Made by a program: the position numbers and the translations under genes
The notes under the pieces: generated by a model
The model's database searches: none
Told to the model about the DNA's origin: nothing
What the model saw: only the letters and a program-made list of their open reading frames with translations
NCBI GenBank assembly: GCA_965153455.1
Contig: OZ234493.1
Span: forward strand, 29,130,213-29,194,212
Direction of reading: 5' to 3'
Length of the DNA stretch: 64,000 nt
From: Sphagnum compactum
Taxonomy: Eukaryota
Shown: one piece after another, positions 1 to 12,678 of the stretch
How the letters are laid out: each line of letters begins with the position of its first letter
Numbering within the stretch: the stretch's first letter is position 1

Positions 1-879
1 CTGAGATTTGTCTGGAATGTATGAAACTAGTAGCTATCACATTTATTTTATGTGGACTCCAAACCAAGAAAATTTTGAACTCTAGAACTTTGAAGAAATC
101 AAGTCTAGATAGACTGAAGAGTCAACACCCATTTCACAATTTCTAGTGCCATTGACTTCTCTTCCTCTACAGGATAAGATGATTGCTTGTTCGTTTCAAA
201 ATAGCTCTGACTATGAGCCAACTAGCTATTGAAGGAACCTAGAAATAAACTATGTTGGGGACTTTTGTAAACCTATCATCTATGTTCTTCGTACAAAGAA
301 AATGCTGACTATTGCATATGTTCTTCTAATAGCAGTCAAGCTCGGCCATTGACCCAAAAATATCCCATGTAAGAAAAACACATATTGTGTCAAATATTAT
401 ATACATCAATGCAAATTTTATGCCATCTTGTGAAATTTAAAGGGTGCATGTGAAAGGCCTTTGTTAAATTAGGGTTGTACAAATCAAAAGTTTGTCAAAA
501 TCCAACAACCATGAAACAATGAAGGACAATCCTACTATAGACAATTGGGATCTATCACTGCTCTGAACATTGCCAAGGATCTTGGGTTTGCCATTTGTTG
601 TTTGGTTAGTGACTTTTGTCACCATGGTGCATTACACTCTATTTCAACCATTGCTGAAAGTTGTTCATGCTTGCAGAGGAGTTCACCATTGCAAGTCTAC
701 AATCAAGTAAACCCCATCATCATCCCTTCTAGCTTGGAAGGTATGTTGCCACCCTCCTTTCACCTACTACATGTAATAGGTAGCAATGATTTGATATGTC
801 AATGGAAAGATCTTTTCAAAACATTTTTTTCCCCTTAAAATATTTTCAATTATATTAAAACAAGAAAGGTATGAAGCCC

Positions 880-1080
880 CCAAGTGGTAGGACTCATAAT
901 TTGACAATTTTGGGATTCTTAATTGGAAATCATGGGAAAAAATGTTATTTGAATGTCAACCTTCACCAAAAATTGTAAAATATATTATAGGAAGGAGAAT
1001 GATGGATCCTACCAAGTCCAAACCATAGTGACGCTTGTGAGTTTGTGTTTGCCCATGATTCATCCATGCACCATTTTCAT
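880..1080 (+). mobile_element. Old, degenerate fragment of the same LTR-type repeat family as the solo LTR at 49115-50029 (opposite orientation)
   Basis: Aligns by eye to the reverse complement of ~49320-49530. For example 'gggaaaaaatgttatttgaatgt...ggaaggagaatgatgg...ccaagtccaaaccatagtga' corresponds to 'gggacaaaatgacatttgggtgc...ggggaaggtggtgg...ccaagtctgggccgtggtga', with many C>T/G>A changes. Confidence 0.7.
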
Positions 1081-2059
1081 TTTAAATTACATTAATCGCC
1101 TTTTCTTTTTTATTTGGAAAATTTGACATGACCATGAGCTTGAATTAAAAATTCATCCCAATTATGTCTCAAAACTTGCATGCATTGTTTCATTATAAGA
1201 TAGGAAACATGCTTCGATTTTACATTCTATTGCAAAACTAAAAAATGATAAGGTTATTTACTTTCAATACCATTTGATAGACCTAATAATGCATAAAAAA
1301 TAACTACTTTTGATTGGTTAGTATAATGATTGACCTAGATAGTTGCATTTAAACAAACTATCACCTTGTATTTTTTCATTTTTCATGTTTATAAGTGAGG
1401 ATTGTAAAACAATTGATGCATTATGTTGAATATAATGATTATAAATGTCTTGCTCCTTGCAAACAATTTTGAATCCATGAACATCTAGTATCTAAATGAC
1501 CAAGCATCATAATAATAACCTAGTTCTAGGTTTTTTAGGTCAAGATAAATTATTTTAAGTTTATCTATTTTTTATATCCACATCAATCTAACCCTACAAC
1601 AAAATCATGCAAGCATTGCACAAGGCGTTACACTAATATTTGCAAAGTTTTGTGGGGGTGTCGACCATCATTTCCAAATAGGGGACATGAATGGCATTAC
1701 TTTAAGCTAAATGGTTCCTTCAATTTAAAAAAGTGTTTACCTATTGTTTTCAGAGCAAACAACATGGTCATTAATCTTTCTTCCAACAAGGACTTGGACA
1801 TTGGAACATTACATACCCCACTTAGTAATGCCTGTGACATTAGTGGGGGAGGGGGGGGCGGGATGGTGGCCAACAAATTTAAAAATCAAAATCGTACTAA
1901 CCCAATGAGGAGATGCAATGTGTGCCCTAGAGGCCCATGATTTTTTTCTTTTGGAAAAAGGGGAAGGGGGTTGTGAGATTTTCCTTTTTATTTTTAATAG
2001 AGGGGGCTTGTGAGTGTTTTCTATTTTATTTTGGGTCATGGGTGATTTTTTGTGTCATG

Positions 2060-2345
2060 GCACACTTTTGTTTTGGTTTAGTTTGCAAGGTGGTTGTGAA
2101 GGTCCAAAAGTAGTTCTTTTTTTTTCACTTACATGGGTGACCCACATGGAGACAACACTAGAGACGAACGTTTTTAAAATAAGTTTGCAAGGTAGTTGTG
2201 GAGGTCCAAAAAGAGCTTTACTATTTTCACTTGCATGGGTTGGCCACATGGTAAAGAGATAAATTTTATTTTTGGTTTGGTTTACAAAGCGGTTGTCGAG
2301 GTCCAAACTTTTTTTATTCTTTTCACATACATGGGTGCAACATAT
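2060..2345. repeat. Degenerate tandem repeat, about 3 units of ~100 bp
   Basis: The unit 'gtttgcaaggtggttgtgaaggtccaaaa...ttttcactt(a/g)catgggt' recurs at ~2081, ~2182 and ~2280. Confidence 0.7.
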
Positions 2346-2657
2346 GTATAGAAAACTAAAGTTTTTTTTTTTCTTTCTAATTGGATCAACCTTTTTAATG
2401 AATTCATTGCTTTCTTTTCATGTCATTTTGTTTTTCTTTGTTCTTTTATTACTTCTTCTTCTTTGTGCTATAGAAAGATGAAAAAGTTTCATGCTTATGT
2501 AAGTAGAACTTGTTTTTTGCATGAAGATTTATAAAAGGTTCCAATTTTTTCACTTAGAACAATGCCAATTAATGGGCTATGTGTTAGGATTGTGTCAATG
2601 TGTCACAAGTGATTTTTTTTTGTTTTGAGTGACTAAACCAATTAAAGAGGTTTATAT

Positions 2658-3466
2658 TAGTGTTGGGCGGTTCTCAGTTCTTTTTTTAATTGGTTGGTTC
2701 CGATTTTTACATGATGTTGTGAAAACTTAATCGGTTTTTTATTATATATATTTTTGGGCTTGTGAGAATTGACCATGGTATCAAGATTTTTAATTTTCCT
2801 AGACTCGCCCAATTTTCAAATAAGAAAACTTTCATATGTACAAATATAATAGTTGGAATTCACATTTAATCTTTTCAACCCGATTATTGAGTTATTCATT
2901 AAATAAATCAAATTTATTCATTGATCAATTAATAATTTGATTACTTCACCATGTGAATTTATAATAGCAATAACAAAATAACAATAATAGCAACTCTCAT
3001 AAACAATAACACCAACAAACAAACAAAAACAAGAATACTTGCAACAAAAAGACCAACATGAAAAAACCAACACCAATGCAAGAAGAATAATAACACAAAC
3101 AAACAAACAAGAAATAACACATTTACAAAGAAAATAGCTTAAGCTCTTTTTATAAGTGGTCCTTTAACCTTAAATAATGCCTCTTCTTCCCTAACAGGTG
3201 ACTATTATTTAGGAAACTTTAATCTAACACAAGGACTCTAAAAACAAGATGTAGGTTTTATGAAAAAAATTGTTCAATTCTCCAAAAAACATATTCAAAA
3301 AAATTGAAACCAATTTTCATTCATATGAAAACTTATTAAAGGTCGATTCTCATTCTAGTTCTCACATGTAAAGGTGCCAACTAGTTCTCCCTATGAGAAC
3401 GCAATGACAACTGAGGTAAAAAGTGGGTCAAAAATTGAGTGAACATTCGAGAACCACCCAACACTA
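2658..3466. mobile_element. Non-autonomous hAT-type DNA transposon (809 bp)
   Basis: TIRs TAGTGTTGGGCGGTTCTC (from 2658) and GAGAACCACCCAACACTA (ending 3466) match at 17/18 positions. Flanking 8-mers gtttatat / gtatatat match at 7/8, consistent with an 8-bp TSD. No coding capacity. Confidence 0.8.
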
Positions 3467-3569
3467 GTATATATTTTAAAAAATAAATTGTCAAGGTTGT
3501 CCCCTAAAACTAATCAATATGAATCACATTATGTATCCCAATGTGTACAAAATGGCACATTTTTTCGAA

Positions 3570-3915
3570 AGATTGGTGTGTACCATTACAAATTATCGCA
3601 ACCAACACCCCACTAATCAATTCCTCCTTTCAGTAATTGAAATATTTAGTTGCTTACACGAACATGTCGATGTATTTTTACCTGCTTGTGCCAATGTCAT
3701 TTGGAGCTTGAAAAGGTTAAAGGGCCTTCATCTTTTTACCTTGGTCACCTTTCTTCATCAAAAAGTTTCAATCACATTATAAAGGATGCAAGCATGCTTC
3801 ATGTTAAGTTGGGCAATAACTGTAGGCTTAGCTACTTCCCAACTTCCACCCCTTCAAAACACACCTCCCATCAACACAGCCGACCTATGGCAAGCTCTCA
3901 ATTTTTGACATGAAA
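3570..3915 (+). mobile_element. 3' fragment of a CRE-like (RLE endonuclease) non-LTR retrotransposon
   Basis: Translates as 'FLLSVIEIFSCLHEHVDVFL...LVTFLHQKVSITL*RMQA'. This resembles the 'F.P.A.E.FG...SI.LQR.QA' C-terminus of RLE-type elements and contains a stop. Confidence 0.6.
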
Positions 3916-3948
3916 AAATATGGTTGACCTACTACAGCCGGTCAATTT

Positions 3949-4020
3949 TAGACATGGAGAGATTTTGACATCTATTTTGAGGCGGTTGGTTCTAGACATG
4001 GAGAGATTTTGACATCTACT
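3949..4020. repeat. Short direct duplication (26 bp x2)
   Basis: 'tagacatggagagattttgacatcta' occurs at ~3949 and ~3993. Confidence 0.85.
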
Positions 4021-4169
4021 TTGAGCCAACTTGACATCCTATAAACTCTCCATTTTCCTTTTTCTCACTCCTTTGTATATTTTCCTAATCTATGGTGTGT
4101 TTTTCAAATAAAACTTTACAGTACTTAAAACCAAAAAGATTTGATGTGTGATATAGACTTGATGCCTAA

Positions 4170-4542
4170 GAGCATCCCCACTGGTGCTGAGTATGTGACC
4201 CCGCATAAATATTTCTCACATCCAAGTTTAGTTATTTACTTTTCTTAACCCTCACCCATATAATCGAAACTGGAACTGCAAATAGGTGGAAACTACTGAT
4301 AGCAAACCACTGGACCAATCATTATGATTGGCCAATCAAGAACAGGGATCAACAGTCAGATCATACTTATTACACTCTTCTGTAGCGGCACAGTTTTACT
4401 ACGCTTGTAAACTGCCTCAGCAAATTGACCCAAATATGCATGAGAAAAACCATCATCCTGAGCCAAAGAGGCATATATGTTGACGTTTCTTCATCCGATT
4501 TTAATGTGCAGGATCACATACTGAGCACTGATGGGGATGCTC
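4170..4542. mobile_element. PIF/Harbinger (Tourist-like) MITE, 373 bp
   Basis: Imperfect ~32-bp TIRs GAGCATCCCCACTGGTGCTGAGTATGTGACCC / GGATCACATACTGAGCACTGATGGGGATGCTC, with an exact TAA TSD at 4167-4169 and 4543-4545. Confidence 0.9.
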
Positions 4543-5149
4543 TAAGGTAGTTGACAAGGGTTGGAAAGGGGAAGGAAGAACTAGCGAGTGTGAAAATGGC
4601 CTCAGTGCCTCACCTTGTAATATCAAAATTTCAGTTTAATGGCAACAATAAAAATGAAGTTGCATATTTAGGTGATGACAATTGACTGTGCAAATCCATG
4701 TCTGATCCTACATCAAGAGCTTGCATAATTGAACAATTAGTTGAAGGCCATACGGTTTGCATGCCAATGACAAAAGGTCCCTTTAATCGATGAAAACATC
4801 TTCCATGCATCATAATGGAGGTGCTGTCAAATACAAAGAAGAATACCTTGTAGTACTTTACATGTTCAATTATTTGACCTCTGGAGATTAGAGTCAGACA
4901 TAGTTTTGCACAGTTAATTGTTATCAACTTAACTATAAGGTGCCTTCACACTTGGTGTTAGCGACTCTAGTATTTAGTCTCCTAACACTTGTCATTGAAG
5001 ACCTAAATCCACTTACCATGAAAACTTTAGGTTAAGTTAACATTCAATTAACATTAAGCTATCATTCAGTGCCACCTAGAATGCCACCTAGATCCTAGTA
5101 GCCAAATTTCGGTGTTTTTTTTTAAACTTCAGATTTCTCCATTGGGTTC

Positions 5150-5285
5150 TAGCATGTAGTCAAAAATGTGAAGGTTTCTTAAACTTTTTTGCTTTCATAT
5201 CATGTTTATAGCCAAATTTGGCTAAACTGTCTGACGGATGATGGATGGATAACTACTTCAACTACATCACAAAAATGATGAATGA
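5150..5285 (+). repeat. Dispersed short repeat family (other copies at ~43620-43800, ~52620-52740 and reverse at ~57705-57820)
   Basis: The shared core 'aaaaatgtgaagg...tttatagccaaatttggctaaa...gatg...cactt...ctacat.acaaaa' is present in several copies. Confidence 0.65.
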
Positions 5286-5503
5286 AAAAATAAAACCCCT
5301 TGCATTGGCCCCAGTGTGAAGTGTGTGTACTAATGGTACTATGGTTTAAATGTGAAAGGATAAATCAATCTGCAATTTAAAAATTTTAAAAAAAAAACAA
5401 ATTAATTCATAGCAGGCTGCTAGGAATCTTGACCTAGCCCAAAATAAAGGAGAAAAAATTTCCCCGGTGACTTCTCCGGCCTTCGATTTGGCAGGGCACA
5501 ATA

Positions 5504-5541
5504 TTAGGGTTACGGGATAATGGATATTAGGGTTAGGGTTT
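5504..5541 (+). promoter_or_regulatory. Telo-box cluster (TTAGGGTT / TAGGGTTT, reverse of AAACCCTA) upstream of CENP-O
   Basis: 'ttagggttacggg' at 5504 and 'ttagggttagggttt' at 5527-5541 lie ~270-300 nt before the ATG. Telo-boxes are typical of plant proliferation and housekeeping promoters. Confidence 0.55.
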
Positions 5542-5806
5542 ACGCGAGGCGCAACGGCAACACACAAGATAGCAAACTCGCAAGCACCTTGCACCAAGTA
5601 TCCCTCTTCGATCACCTTGCTCCTTAGAAACATGAGAGTAGCATGGAGGCTGTTCCATGCCAGTGGTTGTGTTGCTATGAGCGGGTTGTGTTTGTGTGTT
5701 ACGGCGCTTCTTTTTTCGTGTAAATTCTAACAAGCGCGCAGATGGAGGGGGTGGTCGTTAGTGGGTGAAATTAGGGTGGGCGGGGGAGAGGGGCAGGGCG
5801 AGAGAT

Positions 5807-7867
5807 ATGCCTGAGGAGAAGGAGAAGACAATGGTTCGAGGAGAGAGGAGGACAGCTCAACGGATCAAGCGTGTGCTAGCAGATATCACGCCCCAGCACT
5901 TGGAGCAGCTAACTAAGCAGGCGCGAGCGCTGACGGGGGACTATGAAATGGTTGAGGTTCAGGGAGGAGCGTCTATGGAGGTGATTCGTGCGCGGTTGTC
6001 GAATCCCAGCAAAGGCATTCAACTTTACGGGACAAGCTTACGAATGTGTATCCACCTCATGGAGACTTCGACGAGAATATGGAGGTCTGTATTATTATGT
6101 ATGCAAGTTCAAACCCTAGAAGGCACAGCCGAAGAAGTCTATCCAGAAGGTCTCACAAACACTCTTGGTCAAGGAATGGCAATGTCAGCAGCAAGAGGAG
6201 CGAATTTCTCATATGCATGAACTCAGTTGATTCGTCTCTCTTGATAATTTTGGATCTTTAGTTTTATCAAAGTTCTTTGGAATTCCAGTGTCCTTGCACA
6301 ACCTGGTGCTCTCCAATTACCCATCTCCTCCTTGTCAAATGATTGGGCCGGCTGCTCTTCACTAGGAGCAAGAAGAGCTTTGGTGATTGCTCAAATTTTG
6401 GTGGCCAGCAGTTATTGCAACTGATCTTGTCAATTTATGCAGTCAGAATTCAGGGCTGGAGAGACAGAAAGGGTTTTTTTGGAAGGAGAATCATGGAATG
6501 ATGATGTCATCACAGAGCTCCAGAGAAGAATCTGGGAGAATGGGTCAACTACCAGAGGGGAAGAGGACCAAGATATTGAAGAGAAGCCTGAATTAGATGA
6601 GAAACCCGGAGGTATGACAAAATTTTGTCCACTTTCATTCCAGTTAGTTTGTTCTCATTAGTGCCAAGTGTTAGGAGAAACAATGCCCTAGCATTGGGTT
6701 ATGTTTTTCTGCAGTTTTATGTTGGGGATGTGCATTTTGTCAGTATTGGCAACTGAGCCTTGAATGTTGCTGCCAACATGAAAATTCAATGTTGGGGCTA
6801 ATGTATGTAACAGAAAGCCAGAGTGTGACATATCAGCTGCACAGGAAGATGATCCGTGGAGTGAGTGGAGGCCAAATCTCTGTATGTTTTGACACGGGTT
6901 TTGGAGATGAAAAGTATGAGAGCTATTACTGTGTGCTGACCAGCAGTTCAGCAACTGATAAGCTTCATGTGACTGAGCACTCAATACCCTTCTTTCTACC
7001 ACTCCGGGAGCTTGAAAAGGCACACTTGACCACCAGCCCAAAAGTGTTTATTGACTATATTGGTGACATCTTGCAAGCCTATGTTTCAAGGCGTGAACAG
7101 GTATGCAACTTGTGTTTAAGTGTACCTACTGTTCAGCATCTGTCATTGTTTGTTCTAAAACCCCAAGATCACAGTTATCCATGGTAAGATCTCCTTGTGG
7201 CAGACAAAAGTGGTTCACTCCCAGGATACTGCAGTAGGATAGAACTGCAAAAAATTTGTACCTAGCAACATACCAATGCATGTCAGTGCAGTGTCCACAG
7301 GTGAGGAAGATCAAGGAAATAAAGGGTGAGTATATTGGAGAGTTGTATCACAGCCTTTCCTTCAGCTTGATTGAGCTGATGTTGAAAGAACCTGATTACC
7401 AGGTATATCTTACCATACACAGGGTATGTGATGTGTGCTTTTATGATCAAACTGAATGTGGCAACAAAATGTTTTGCAGCTTTTGCTATATTCAATTTGG
7501 ACACCTGGTCTCTTTGGTTGTTACTTTTGAGTTCTGTACAATTGTTGATTTTGTAAATTTCCTTATATTTCAGGTTGGGGTGAGCCTTGCATACTACAAT
7601 CTCACGTCAGAGCTTCCCACACAGAGTAGTGTAATTGCCTGGTCACATCCTGCAGAGTTGCGTCCTCGAACTGCAACCAAGAGACAAGCCACCACTGTGC
7701 ATTCCTCTGCATTCCACTTACCAAAAGCTGAAGCTTTTCTGCTAACTATACCATTACCAAAAGCATTGGATGAACTTTTGGCTGATTTACGAGCCACAAT
7801 AGGATCTCCACAGAGTCCAGCAGTGATTGAGGCTACGTCTCTTCTACCTGCTGAGACTGCCTTATAG
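5807..7867 (+). CDS. CENPO: Centromere protein O (CENP-O/Mcm21 family). Exons 5807-6084, 6443-6611, 6814-7100, 7301-7402, 7574-7867. Apparent 1-nt deletion at ~6005-6006; 376 aa if corrected
   Basis: Motifs RARLSN..QRH..LRDKLT, VFLEGESWND, YESYYCVL, EHSIPFFLPLRELEK, FIDYIGDILQAYVSRREQV, IGELYHSL and ELPT match plant CENP-O as recalled. All introns are GT-AG with consistent phases (0,1,0,0) once one base is restored. Confidence 0.88.
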
Positions 7868-7929
7868 GTTTTGTTGTAAGATGGGTGTAAAGCTTCTGCA
7901 ATTGTTGAGATGCAGTTTACAAGATACTG

Positions 7930-8175
7930 GGTGCATGGTACACATCCAGATGAACAGGAGACTCATTCAGGTCTGACAAGGAGACAATCAAGAACTCTAT
8001 GTCCAACCATTTTGCGTACCAGAAGCTGAAGATTCTGTGGATCATGCCATTACAGGAATGTTGAATGAATCTCACAGTGGATTTGCAAACTACTACAGGA
8101 GTGCTCCAGCAGGTGTCTAGGCTATACCTCTTCCACCTGCTGAGACCTTCTTGTAGGTTTTGTAGCAATGGAGAT
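7930..8175 (+). repeat. Diverged tandem duplicate of the 3' half of the last CENP-O exon (7635-7885)
   Basis: Colinear blocks: gcctggtcacatcc/gcatggtacacatcc; aagagacaa/aggagacaa; ccaaaagctgaag/ccagaagctgaag; ccattac/ccattac; tccagcag..ggcta..tcttctacctgctgagac..tt.taggtttt/tccagcag..ggcta..tcttccacctgctgagac..ttgtaggtttt. Confidence 0.8.
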
Positions 8176-8885
8176 GGAGATAGTCTCTGGTTGATGATGA
8201 CCATCACAGATATGGTGCTAGCACAACATGTTATAATCTTTCTTTGTCCGATTTCAGTACATGCTGACAAGATGAAGAGGAAAACTAAGATTGCATTCTC
8301 AGGTACATAAGTTACAAGATTGGAAGCAACAAGTGTGGACTGCAGGTACTTGCAGATTGCTAAGTAATTGCCATTGTTTTCCTTTTCCATGGGCTTCAAT
8401 GAACAAATTGACAGATTTATCAGTTTCTTTTTGCATGCTAATAATTAAGTTCTGTCACCTTTGATGTGAGCCTCAGTAGTCATGAGAGGACACAGTTACC
8501 TCCAAATCTGAGAAACCAGTTTCCAGGGATGTGTACTGGTTACTCAGCCATCTCCAGTTGGATGTGGAGACCTGGGAGCAGTGAGTTGCTGTGCTGTAGC
8601 TGGGAAAACAACCCTGATTATCTCAAGTTTCTAAATGCTGAACTGCCTCAGAAACAGGATGTATTCAGGGTTCATTGGCCAGTCCCAACACCATGTTTGT
8701 ATCGTTAGAAGCTGTAGCTAGAAGCTGTAGCAAAGACTTGAGCAACTGGTGACAATGACAATAACTTTTTGCACTGCATCTGAGTTTAATAGGGTTGCAT
8801 AATGCACAGTCTGGACTGTAATGTTAAAGCAAAACTCTGCAAAATTTATTACAATTACATTAAAAAGTGAGTGACCCAATGATTC

Positions 8886-11800
8886 CTAAGGATGCAAGGG
8901 GTTTGTTATGTATAAACTGCAGCCAAGGACATAGGCTAAAGTTGTTGCCAAACAAAACAAAACTACTTTCACAGACCAATCCAACTTCCGCACCTCCTCA
9001 TTCTCAATATCAGCTGCTGACACTGCTTCAGTGTTTGCAGCATCATTCAGGGGCACAGGCTCAATAGCAGCAGTCAGCTCTGCTGCAATTCTATTTTCTG
9101 ATAAGCTCATGTTGTCTCTAGCAGAACCACCTGTACCTAAACCATGGCCTCTTTCCAAAATCCTGTCCGGCATGTGAGAGACCCCTTCCATTCTCTCTGC
9201 ATCCAAGATTTTGTTTTCTTCCATTTCCCATGTTTCATGAAACCCAGGACTGCCTCCAGTGTAACCAGCTCTTCCCCTTGCTCTCCTTGTTACTGTTCCT
9301 TTGCTCTCCCAAGGGTCTGCCCTGAAGGCTGAACCATTTCCTTCACCAAATCCCTTTGGTAAAGGACCATTCTGTTGCCCCATGATATCTAATGATGCCC
9401 CATTTGTGTTCCATCTCCCATTTGATACAGCTCCATTTCCATTATTTGACTCCCACTTAGTATCACGTTTTCCTACAGGGCTTTGTTCCGTTGGCCATTT
9501 ATGAGTCTTTGAATGGCTGGCAGCCATTCGATTTTGAGCACTTGATGCACCTCTGGCACTCTTGCTCTGATGTGTGGACTCCTCTGGTTTTAATGGTGAA
9601 GCCTTTGGGAAACTATTCACTTCAACTGAATCCCCTTTCTGTTTCTGGACAATATCAACACTTGCATCCTCTGTTGTAGCATGCCCAGCTTGACCTTCAC
9701 TTGCCGCCTCCTCTCTTAAGCTAGCTGAAATTTCCTCATGCAAACTCCTTTCAATCTCCTCACCACTACTGTCCACACCAGAGTCACGAAAGACCTTAAT
9801 GTATGGAGCAAAACCATCATCCTCATTCGCACCAATGTCTTCATCTTCATTAACAAATGATTTATATGTCAGAGCTAGACGCACTCTCCCTGGCACTTTC
9901 TTGGCACCAAAAGGTCCATCTCGTTTTAAATTGATCCACTGGCTCCGAGGCACACAATCCTGAAGACACATGCAACATGTGTAGCTCAGCAAATTCCTTC
10001 TCAAGGATGATAAACAATCCCCACCTCATATCCACAAACAAACACCAGAGGTAATTTTACAGATCAATGATTTATTATAACTGTAATGACTCAGTTCACG
10101 GGTGGTTTCCCATTATGAAAAGCAGTTTCTGGATTGAAAAAGGTAATGATGTGTGTAGTCCATACGTAGGTCCAGGAAATACCTTGAGATCTGTTAAAGA
10201 GATTTTACAGTAGCCAATGTTGGGGTTGAGAGTGAGTGTGCTGTCACGAATCCACAGCATAAGCTTTTGCCTCCCAGGATCTTCAACCAAGAATTGGAAG
10301 TCCTGGTTCCACACAGGATCTTTGTGACCAGCTGGGTGGGAAGTCTCTTTGTTGCGCTTGCTTTCAATGACCTGATCTCCCAGTGCGAGAATACAATAAG
10401 GGTTGCTCCAGCCTGAGAACCCACGGATGGGTAAGTCTCGAGCTTCACAGACAGTTACTGACAGCTCCCCTACAAAGGCCTCACTGGGCTCTGCCTGCTG
10501 AGGCATAGTCTCTGTCACCCCTGATTTTAAAAGATCCAGAACGCCTGATGCGATTGACTCATCCATGGCCCCTGATTCAAGTGAAGACTCCATGGCCTCC
10601 ACAGATTCCATAGCATTTTGACCTTGTGGTAAGAAATCAAACGTGATGTGGCGTGGAAGAACTAAGAGTCGGGGAAGATCAACTGTCAACAGCTTGGAGA
10701 GAAAATTGGACAAGAAAGGAATGGAAAAAAGATTCACTACTCTGAAAGGGGCCAAAACCAGCTTGATTGTTGGAAGTTGAACAAATGCAAGAGATAAGGT
10801 TCCCACATAAGGCTTTACTGGGGCCAACCGCAGCTTTAACCACAGCTCGCCATCAACATCAAGGTCATACACACCAACCGGGATGGAAGTTTCTACACCA
10901 GCTGTGCCAAGTTTGAGATTGAGCAAACACCTTGCACCCCCTGCATACCTTAATCCAAAATGGTACTGCAAATCATTTGCTCGCCTGTTGGACAACGGTT
11001 CAGCATTTCAATATTCACACAAAGGAATGCCCAAAACACCATGATTGTTTGGAGCCCTTAAAAATCAAACAAGCCTCAACCCTTTGCAAAAAAATCTCCA
11101 CAAAATGCTGTTCTTGAGAGTGGACTTTCACCTTGATGTCCGACGCTGGACGTTGCGCACAATTAATGGCTCGTAGTCCAGATTGAACTCTGCAATCTCC
11201 ACCCGCTTCACATAATCTGGCTTCCCCAGGTTATCAATCGCAGGTTGCAACAGCTGAACTAGCCAACCCTCAAGGCTTCGTCTGTAGACCTTCCAGATTT
11301 TGTGAATGACCATATTTACCCATTCGACAGACTCTTTCTGCCCAGGGTTTGAACCCATCTCTGGCATTGCCGGCTGCCCCCTCTCTGCTGCAGTGGCTCG
11401 GACATAGCGCTCCTCTAAACACCAAATTCTTGCAACAATCCCTGCAAACAGGAATGCTACAACTGCACCAATGGTGGCAAAGAGGAAATCTCGCAAAGGA
11501 CCTGCTGCTGGGAGGAACGAGACAGGACGGGGAAAAGCTTGCACAGCAGCTCTTGTGCCATCCCACTTCCGCAAAGCTACCAAATAAATTCCATTCCTGC
11601 CTCTGTATTCATAATTCCTAGTTCTTCTTCCCTCATTGAGCATCCAGCTCCCTCTACCAATTTGACTACAAAACTTGCCAGCCCTATGTTGCAGAGAGTG
11701 AGCAGCTTCATGCTCCCTCTCAAATAGATGGAATCTGGTCCGATGTCTAAGAGTTCTGAGCCATTTCTTCTTAGCTGACAGACTGCTGCTACTTTCCTCT

Positions 11801-11916
11801 AACCAAAACTCAGAAAGATAAGGAGACACAACAAATGCTGCTGACAAACGATGCGGTGAAACACACCCAGTTGAACTATGATGCACACTCCAGTGCATTG
11901 GATATTTTTGTGCCAT
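8886..11916 (-). CDS. NTMC2T5: NTMC2T5-type (tricalbin/synaptotagmin-like) SMP + C2 domain lipid-transfer protein, ~886 aa. Exons 11916-11132, 10984-10183, 9959-8886
   Basis: N-terminal TM (FLFATIGAVVAFLFAGIVARIW); SMP domain 'KESVEWVNMVIHKIWKVYR...KPDYVKRVEI...RRTSR|RANDLQY...DVDGELWLKLRL'; C2 domain 'GELSVTVCEARDLP...NPYCIL...PVWNQDFQFLV'; 'LALTYKSFV' followed by an acidic linker and a C-terminal TM ending NP. GT-AG introns have phases 2 and 0. The start at 11916 is the first in-frame ATG and is inferred. Confidence 0.9.
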
Positions 11917-12678
11917 GAACCACGATTCAGATAGCTCGTGAGCGCAATGAGATGCATACAAAATTCTTTTCCCAATTTTTCTGAGTAATGATTTTGGTTC
12001 CAAATGGAGATGCAGAGAACTGATCCTAATGAACAGTTCGCTAAAAATCAGACCTCTAAACTCCACAGCAGACCACCCCAGAGCCACCACACCACCCACC
12101 CACAACAACACAAGACTCCCCACTCATCCATCATCGTGCTACGACAAAATGACTAACAGCAAACTCATCTCTTGAATTCCATTTCGCCACTGGATCGCTA
12201 GCTCATAAATCGCGGAATCTTTCTTCCCTCCGACTCCCGCATATTTACAGAAACAACATCCGCACAACAACAAACAAATGCTGTTTTTTTCACACGGAGT
12301 GTGGCCGCTACTCGTTACGCGTGTGGATTGAAATCCGGGTACGTGTCCCTCCCGTAGCATGCAAAAGCTCTGCGAAGGATACAAAATGCAATCATAGGGG
12401 TAGTAGTCGACAGACAGATCGCGGGACCCACGACGCAGATGGCCTGTTCTGTTCACGCCCTGTGGTCGAATTAGGGTTTAACGCTCCATCGTCTCCAGGG
12501 TCCTTCGACAAGTGTTTCCATACACTTTGATTTCGGTGTTTTTGCAAGAGAGGAATTACGAGGAATTAATTAGAGCCAATCGGAGGAGTCGAATTCCTAT
12601 ACAAAACCTCATCCATCGTGGAAGTGACTTCTCATCCAAAACCTCACACAACGTCGAATTGTTCTTTCTTTCTTGCAT

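Noticed and set aside
5765-6220. 151-aa ORF as a standalone gene
   Set aside because: It is CENP-O exon 1 read past the frameshift into intron 1.
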